DNA of 63,665 nt, counting the filler, from Octopus bimaculoides (lineage: Eukaryota), in assembly GCF_001194135.2 (NCBI RefSeq). It is 4 parts of 4 records of this genome, joined end to end, with 100 filler letters (N's around TTAATTAATTAA, not from the genome) between each part and the next. Parts side by side here need not be neighbours in the genome. Positions count along the whole stretch, not along the records: positions 55,142 to 57,465 come from NC_069005.1; positions 57,566 to 63,665 come from NC_069010.1; 2 more parts are not named here. The stretch is one strand, 5' to 3'. The notes under the pieces were generated by a model. That model saw only the letters and a program-made list of their open reading frames with translations, searched no databases and was not told where the DNA came from. The position numbers were made by a program, and so were the translations under genes. This document shows, piece after piece, positions 56,062 to 63,665 of this stretch (position 1 is the stretch's first letter; the number at the start of each line of letters is the position of its first letter).

Positions 56062-56705
56062 GGATCTTTTTTAAAACGGGGGCCACATNNNNNNNNNNNN
56101 NNNNNNNNNNNNNNNNNNNNNNNNNNNNNNNNNNNNNNNNNNNNNNNNNNNNNNNNNNNNNNNNNNNNNNNNNNNNNNNNNNNNNNNNNNNNNNNNNNNN
56201 NNNNNNNNNNNNNNNNNNNNNNNNNNNNNNNNNNNNNNNNNNNNNNNNNNNNNNNNNNNNNNNNNNNNNNNNNNNNNNNNNNNNNNNNNNNNNNNNNNNN
56301 NNNNNNNNNNNNNNNNNNNNNNNNNNNNNNNNNNNNNNNNNNNNNNNNATTTGCTTTTTTCATTTTAAATTTGCTTTTTTAATTTTCTTTTTTTTTCTTC
56401 GTTTTATTTGCTTTTTTCTTTTTAAATTTGCTGTTTTACCCTAACCCTAACCCTATCACCGATAGAATTGTTTCAGAATCGTTTGTTTATGTAGTCGGCA
56501 CTTAATGTATATCGGCTGAATGGACGTCAGTGATTGGTTGAAATTACAGAAATACGACAATTTTAACATGGAATAACTTAGGGATTTCTTTTTTTTTAAA
56601 GAAGACTAAGAGAAAAAGATGTTTTATATGACACATTCTACCAGTGTTCCAAGTTTCAAAGTTTTTCGTTAATGAAAAATGTGGCCCCCGTTTTAAAAAC
56701 GATCC
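56062..56705. mobile_element. Non-autonomous DNA transposon with 27-bp GG-ended TIRs and 8-bp TSD (Merlin-like)
   Basis: GGATCTTTTTTAAAACGGGGGCCACAT at 56062-56088 versus its reverse complement at 56679-56705 (26/27). TSD TTCATTGC at 56054-56061 and 56706-56713. Internal (CCCTAA)2CCCT near 56438-56454. Confidence 0.85.
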
Positions 56706-56790
56706 TTCATTGCAATAAATAACAAAAGTTTTAATTCTTTTTACAATATTTTCATGAAGGAAGACATTTTGTAAAATTTAGCAAATATTT

Positions 56791-56947
56791 TATTATGACG
56801 TCATTTCAATGCTGAATTTTCAAGTCAGAAAATTAAAAGGAGGTAAAATCATATTGGTAATTTTCATTTCTTCGTTTATTCCGAACGGAACTTTTGATAA
56901 ACTTCTATTATGACGTCATAATTGGCTGACTTTTTCCCCTATAAATA
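56791..56947 (+). promoter_or_regulatory. CRE-CRE-CCAAT(reverse)-TATA motif cluster
   Basis: TGACGTCA at 56796-56803 and 56911-56918 (both within TATTATGACGTCAT); ATTGG at 56921-56925; TATAAATA at 56940-56947. Confidence 0.35.
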
Positions 56948-57255
56948 GAAGGAAAATCTAGTCTTCTCTTCATATCTCCAATGCTTCTTCAGCAGACACC
57001 AACATCGGATTATAGAACCATATCTATAATCTATAAGCATTGAGATATTCGACCGACGACGAAGATAAGTATATATTTGATCACAGACACACTCACACAC
57101 ACGTACAAAGAAACATACACACAATATTGTTATAGCCTGTTCGATCTTGAAAACTATCTGCTCCCCTCTGTTGGTGGACAGTCCCTTTAGATTAGAGTAG
57201 GGAATAGTTAGTTCCAGAAATAGGTTAGCTAGGGTTTTTTACATTTTCCGTAGAG

Positions 57256-57465
57256 ACCTCCCTAGATTATGTGTCGGTTGTTCGTGCTGAACCCATATGT
57301 GTATGGTACCCAGCGAATCACTGTTCTTGGGTGCTTCGTTGTTTGTTAGCCTGCACAAGACAGGGCAGCACTTATCTTAATAATAGTACCTCCCTAGATT
57401 ATGTGTCGGTTGTTCGTGCTGAACCCATATGTGTATGGTACCCAGCGAATCACTGTTCTTGGGTG
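57256..57465. repeat. 132-bp-period tandem repeat running into a gap
   Basis: 57256-57333 is identical to 57388-57465. Confidence 0.9.
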
Positions 57466-57614
57466 NNNNNNNNNNNNNNNNNNNNNNNNNNNNNNNNNNN
57501 NNNNNNNNNTTAATTAATTAANNNNNNNNNNNNNNNNNNNNNNNNNNNNNNNNNNNNNNNNNNNNATTTACTAACTGATAATTATGCTATCAAAACAATT
57601 TATCATTTACATAC

Positions 57615-57683
57615 CTCTGAAATCTATGCAGAAATCCCAGCAATGTCCTTTTCATCGATACCAGTGAAGTCTAATTTGTGAAT
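57615..57683 (-). pseudogene. Orphan 69-nt exon-like segment, unknown gene
   Basis: ctttgcag| ATT CAC AAA...TCA GAG |gtatgt; the best frame IHKLDFTGIDEKDIAGISA*ISE has one stop, and the other two frames also have stops. Confidence 0.3.
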
Positions 57684-58116
57684 CTGCAAAGGTTTATGGA
57701 GTGGGGCTGGCTTAGATGAAAAAATTTAAGCCAAAAAATATATTTTACATAATCGTAGGAGATATTTGCAGAACACAGATTTGTAAAAAGTTTTCAACAC
57801 CAAAACACTAAAAATTCCTCATCCTTTACAAGGTGTCATTCAATCTGTAATTACTAATAGGCCGTGTGCATGCGCAAGTTTTAAAAACATTTTGAATTTG
57901 GATTTCCAAGCAATTCAAACATAATTTATATGAAAGGCTTCTTTCAGTTTCCATCTTCCAAATCCACTCACAAGGCTTTAGTCAGCCCATGTGGTCGAGA
58001 AGCAAGGTTCCCACACAACACAGCCACTCATGCAGACAATGACAAAATAGAAACAGGACTAAAAAAATAACACAAATATCAAGAGACAAATCGTCCGAAA
58101 TATCTAAAAATATTAC

Positions 58117-58260
58117 CAGCCATTGCCGGTCTCCCCAAGCAACTCAATATTTCCCTTTGTAAACAAGTGTCAACACACTGTGACTACAAGACGAGCACTC
58201 ACTGAGTTTGGTTTGACCAACAGCACGATTCTTGGAAGCCTTCAGCAACAACCAATTAAT
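58117..58260 (-). pseudogene. KIFC1-like: Kinesin-14 pseudogene exon (switch I region)
   Basis: ttttgcag| INWLLLKASKNRAVGQTKLSECSSCSHSV... The switch I NxxSSRSH is mutated to SECSSCSH, followed by a frameshift and probable donor gtaata (3' boundary approximate). Confidence 0.8.
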
Positions 58261-58915
58261 CTGCAAAAGAAATTCAATCAACAGGTTTAAATATTATAAA
58301 GCAAACTAAAAACAAAAAACAAAAACAAAGTAGGCGGGGAGGGCAAAGCACTAAGCAGTGAAGTGTATAAATGTAATGCTGTTACCAGTTCAAATGTGTG
58401 TGTGTGGTACGTTTAGACTTGTAAATAAGTCATTCACTGTGTTTTGTCATGTGATTCTCCATGACAAAACACAGTGGATCCAAATGTGCCACATGCATGT
58501 TTGATCTGGTAATAACATTGCATTTTAAGTATAACCCTTCAATTAAAATTTCCCATTAATTTATCTTCCAAACACCAGATTAGTACTGATAAAGTTACTT
58601 TATTAAATCTTTTAATATTCTTGAAATTTATGGAAATAAAAGCATCTATTTCAACAAAATTAGAGCAATGTAAAGGATTCAAACTTCATTAAGGCATATT
58701 TTCTATGACCAGCTTGTTCTTCCTGTCATCATACCTCACATGTTACCAGCACAATGGCCAAAACTAATTTCATGAAAGACTGCAAACAACATTGCTAGTA
58801 TGATGGTGACATTTGTTTACAACTAGCACAACCTCAACATAAGTAGACACAAACATACACACCATACTCATGCAGACACATATATATGCAGATACACACA
58901 TGGGCAGACACACGT

Positions 58916-59002
<87 letters not shown>

Positions 59003-59212
59003 TGGGCTTTCTTTTTCAGCCTCCATCTAGCAAATCCTCTCTCAAACATTTGGTGGGTTAGAGACTTCGGGTAGAAGAAACTGGACCACAGCATCATCCA
59101 GTGGAAGTGAACCCAAAACCACAACGTTACAAAATAAGCTTCTTAAAGACACAGCCCCAGCTACATCTATATTACTGTAATAATGAAATAGTTGAAGCAG
59201 CAGTTATTTTAC

Positions 59213-59371
59213 CTGGGCTCAAGATACAACTGCAACACTAGTCCCATTGCTAACATTTACTGTACTTGGTCTGTCAGCAGCCATTTAGATATTGAGCTTC
59301 TCATTGTCTTTGTCAGCAAATCATGAAAGGGTTTCATTGTAAATCTCAACGAAGGACACATTGAATTCATA
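59213..59371 (-). pseudogene. KIFC1-like: Kinesin-14 pseudogene exon (SFxEIYNE region)
   Basis: tatttcag| YEFNVSFVEIYNETL, then compensating indels and three in-frame stops, ending CCCAG|gtaaaa. Confidence 0.85.
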
Positions 59372-59555
59372 CTGAAATAGAAAAGTAAAAACTGGATGAA
59401 AGAAGATCACCAAGAGCAACCAGAGATCCAAACAGATTTCGTTTGAATGTTTCTGCATGAGAAAGCAATGAGAGGAGCCTTATCCTAAAGTGTAATATGG
59501 TTGACAAAGGGAGAAGAATAAAAAGGACCTGAGCACATTCCTTTTGGTCACTTAA

Positions 59556-59761
59556 CCCCTTTAGCATTTGAACTGGCAATATCTGGCACAAATATTCTAC
59601 CTGTTCTATGTTCAAACTGGCCAGATCCAGCCTCTCACACCTACCAAACAATATTATTCTAAAAATAAACACACAGCATTGTAAAATCTTGGAGCTTCAG
59701 GATTAATTCAAAATAATGTGAATAAATAAGCATTTCATAGAATAATCTGAATAGTAAAGGG
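59556..59761. mobile_element. piggyBac-type MITE, degenerate
   Basis: TTAA|cccctttagcattt at the left end and aatagtaaaggg|tcaa at the right end. Confidence 0.55.
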
Positions 59762-61192
59762 TCAAAATGGCCAAATCCCAGCCCAAATATTCCATCCTGT
59801 TTTACACTCCAACCATTCAAAGTGAATTCTAATATGGATGTGTTACAGGATTTTAAATAAGAATATTTCATTTCAAGATCCCATGGCATCTTGGACCTAC
59901 AACTAGATTGAAGAACACAAACAGGCCATGACACATTGAACCTGAAAAAATCAAGGTTTACAAAAGAAAAATGAATCAACCACCATCCTTTGCTTCCAAT
60001 ATGTATTACCTCAGCAAATTGCAATTTAATGAAAAAATGCTTCAATAATATGCTCCTTTAACCCAGGGTTCGGCAAAAGGGTCAATATTAACCCCTGCAG
60101 GTCTGTGTAACTATGAATCAATTTTGAACATTAGGGGTGTTAAATTGCTAGCAAACTAAATCTGGAACAGTAACTTGAAGCTAAAACTGCCAAATATCAA
60201 TAAACTAGGCTTCAAATATTCCTATAATATAATATGACTAAATTTTTGTTGCTCTTTCTCAATTTCTAGTTTTCCATGAAAAACATGGCTAGCTTATCAA
60301 AAAAAATGTGACCATGCTTGGAAACAGACGAGGGATAATGACAAGAAGAGCATCCAGCAAAAGAAAATATGCCTCAACAAATTCCATCAGACTCATGGAA
60401 GCAATGAAAAGTGGATATTGAATGACAGTCACGATGACATGTACAACAGATTTTATAGTTTCCAGCTCACAAATTCTTTCTCAAGGTCTTGTTTAGCCTG
60501 CATTTACTTGCCTATGGTGCCACGCAATACGACTCAATCAGAAATCACACATTGCGTGCAAAGTAGATAGAATAAACACAACCAGGCCTGCAACATCCTT
60601 CTAAATTTGAAATGTTAACCTGCCAAGGATAACTTTACATATATTTGTTCCTCTGAGATTCAAAGAAAAGAGTATAAAAAGAATATAGTCTATGTGGCCT
60701 AACTACATTAAAAGACCAGGAAGAAACTACTGACAACACAGCGAGTTATGTGGTACTAATGAATTCAAAAACCCAGTTTTCAATTTACAGCTGTTTTAAA
60801 CATGGTACAACTTCGTGTCAGCCAAAATATTGTAGCATGAGATAAAATGATGAAGTTATGTAGTTAGTGTGGGACTAGATACCACTAGATACTCAAGTGG
60901 GATGGTTGATACATCAGATCTAGACAGCAAATCAAAATAAAGAACCACTGAGGATATCAAGTCAAAAATTTCAAATGAAGATAAATAATCACCGTTGAAC
61001 TGACAAACAACAGATTAGACAACTGACTCAGTTAAGGAAACAGCTAAAACTATACAAGGCAACATATTTTAAGAGAAAAAAAACAACCATACCAATATTC
61101 ACAATCAGTTATAAACTCTAAATACTCACCAAGAAGATTCATAAAATGTGAGATTTTTTAAATATATATCAGGTTTTTAAATAGAAACCTAC

Positions 61193-61363
61193 CTTCTAAC
61201 CTTTCTCAACTAATAATTCAACTGTTTCAAACACCTGAATAGCAGCTCTTGGAATCATAGCCATCATCTCATCTTCTACATTACTACCTTCCATTGTATA
61301 TGCTTTACCAGGACCAGGGTGGCCATAGCCAAAGATGCAAACATTATAGCCATGGGATGCACT
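61193..61363 (-). pseudogene. KIFC1-like: Kinesin-14 pseudogene exon (P-loop region)
   Basis: atttcag| SASHGYNVCIFGYGHPGPGKAYTMEG...MIPRAAIQVFETVELLVEKG*K |gtaggt. GYNVCIF is typical of kinesin-14. The P-loop GQTGSGKT has decayed to GHPGPGKA, and the conserved KGW Trp codon is now TAG. Confidence 0.88.
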
Positions 61364-62470
61364 CTGAAATAATAAAGTAATATATATACGCAATATAGAG
61401 ATGAATGGAGGAGAATATAGATGGAAAAATCGATAGAGCACCAAACAAAATATCTTTGTGGTATTTAGTTATGTTCCCTTACGTTCTGAGTTCAAATATC
61501 ACCTAAACCAAAAGTACCTTATGTCTTTCTGAGGTTGATAAGTAGCAGTCAATTAATTCTCTGTACTAGTGAATCTCTCTGAATAAAGGGTGACCTTCTT
61601 CCATGGCATGTCAGTAATGCTAACTCACACATTTGGCAGAATTGAATTGTCAGCTAATCAGCAATTACTAAGCTGCTCTACCTAACAGCAGCGGACAACA
61701 GTTAGAACAGCCAACACAGATAATACAGGAATGTAACAACAACAACATACAACCAGTAACTCCTACACTTTTACAGATCTTATAGCATGTGTCACTGCAA
61801 CAGAATATTATTACAAACTTGCAGTGTACATCCTTCTACATAGACTGTGGTCAATAGAAAAGACTTCCTACACTAAGAACACACACAGAGATTTAATNNN
61901 NNNNNNNNNNNNNNNNNNNNNNNNNNNNNNNNNNNNNNNNNNNNNNNNNNNNNNNNNNNNNNNNNNNNNNNNNNNNNNNNNNNNNNNNNNNNNNNNNNNN
62001 NNNNNNNNNNNNNNNNNNNNNNNNNNNNNNNNNNNNNNNNNNNNNNNNNNNNNNNNNNNNNNNNNNNNNNNNNNNNNNNNNNNNNNNNNNNNNNNNNNNN
62101 NNNNNNNNNNNNNNNNNNNNNNNNNNNNNNNNNNNNNNNNNNNNNNNNNNNNNNNNNNNNNNNNNNNNNNNNNNNNNNNNNNNNNNNNNNNNNNNNNNNN
62201 NNNNNNNNNNNNNNNNNNNNNNNNNNNNNNNNNNNNNNNNNNNNNNNNNNNNNNNNNNNNNNNNNNNNNNNNNNNNNNNNNNNNNNNNNNNNNNNNNNNN
62301 NNNNNNNNNNNNNNNNNNNNNNNNNNNNNNNNNNNNNNNNNNNNNNNNNNNNNNNNNNNNNNNNNNNNNNNNNNNNNNNNNNNNNNNNNNNNNNNNNNNN
62401 NNNNNNNNNNNNNNNNNNNNNNNNNNNNNNNNNNNNNNNNNNNNNNNNNNNNNNNNNNNNNNNNNNNNNN

Positions 62471-62524
<54 letters not shown>

Positions 62525-62880
62525 GCATGGGTATAGAATTTGGCAGAGATAAGAGTGCAATATTAGTCATAAACAAGGGACAGGTTGTCAGCAGTGAAGG
62601 CATCCAATTACCAGACGGCCAGACATTAAAATCATTGAAAGAAGGAAAGAGTTATAAGTATGTAGGAGTATTAGAATCTGACAGAGTACTAACAGGACAG
62701 GAATGAAAGAGAAAATTCAAAAGAAGCATATCAGAAGAATGTGGAAGAGTTAATGAAGTGAAAGCTAAATGGTGCAAATCTAGTGAGAGTCGGAAATACT
62801 TGGGCAGTTTTCATTACTTAGGCATTCAGTAGCTTTTGGACATTGGGCAACGTCTGAATGAGTGAATCGAGACAGAAATA
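62525..62880 (+). mobile_element. R4/Dong-clade LINE RT fragment abutting a (TAA)n array
   Basis: GIEFGRDKSAILVINKGQVVSSEGIQLPDG...SYKYVGVLESD...KLNGANLVRVGNTWAVSLLR matches the R4/Dong RT C-terminal pattern; (ATA)n at 62471-62523 lies directly 5'. Confidence 0.8.
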
Positions 62881-63665
62881 GGTGCAGCCATGTCTACACC
62901 TATTAATTATTAAATTTAAAGAATGGTGATTTAGTAAGCAGGTAAGTTCTCAAGAGCTTTANNNNNNNNNNNNNNNNNNNNNNNNNNNNNNNNNNNNNNN
63001 NNNNNNNNNNNNNNNNNNNNNNNNNNNNNNNNNNNNNNNNNNNNNNNNNNNNNNNNNNNNNACAAATTCATTTAACAATAGTTCCTTTCAGAAAATTACG
63101 TTTGTAAAATAAAATATATGATAGAGAAATTATAACAATTCTGAAGAGAAATTAAAGGTTTTAGCAGCTTTAAAGATATGAGAAAAGAATTTTCGTTATC
63201 AAAGTAGCAATATTTTATAAGAATGAAGGATGACAGGAGAGAATTTTGTGGTGTGAGGGTCTTCAATTGTATATGCCCTGGTGTGTGTATGTGATGCACT
63301 GAGATATATAACCCTGCTTAAGCATTGCTTTGATATAAAACTGGAGCGAACATCACATGAACGATTATAATAATTGACACATAATTATATTCAAAACTTC
63401 AACAGCTCATCTGTACCCCAAACTTCAAAAGCTTGATGTCCTGTTCTCATAGCAGTGAGAGGAAGAGGGAGAGGAAGACAGGCAGTAGCCTCTAAACTGT
63501 TTAATGTATTGGTATCTCAGATAGTCTCCAGTATTCTGGATGCCTTCTGCTAAAAGTGAAAGATAAAATAAATTGTAAACATAAAGCTAATTCTCTGCTG
63601 GTATCAGTGTGTGTGTGTATGTGTGTGTATGTGTATATGTTTGTGTGTGATGCACTGAGATACAT

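Noticed and set aside
57256-57465. CRISPR-like or other prokaryotic defence array
   Set aside because: The repeats are contiguous long units without unique spacers, there are no cas genes, and the context is eukaryotic.

Overview
AT-rich, repeat-dense eukaryotic DNA with many N gaps. The SINE families, microsatellite load and general texture suggest an octopus (coleoid cephalopod) draft assembly; this is inferred from recognition, not from a database search. No intact protein-coding gene is evident, and most listed ORFs are microsatellite or gap artefacts. Supported content: (i) decayed transposons, namely two Helitron Pif1-helicase fragments (one with a 3' hairpin/CTAG end), mariner and maT/DD37D remnants, a Penelope-like RT with Naiad-type motifs, RTE and R4/Dong LINE fragments, several MITEs (one Merlin-like with an 8-bp TSD) and at least three tRNA-headed SINE families; (ii) an unprocessed kinesin-14 (KIFC1/Ncd-like) pseudogene with three minus-strand exons at 58.1-61.4 kb; (iii) the most interesting element, a 476-bp fold-back palindrome at 37791-38266. 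Its right arm carries a consensus-matching minimal type I hammerhead ribozyme motif, and its left arm carries a mirror copy with a mutated core. There are also weaker candidates: a TATA plus ATG|GTAAGT first exon, an ion-channel-like S2-S3 segment and a CRE/CCAAT/TATA cluster. The TTAATTAATTAA islands inside N runs are assembly padding.
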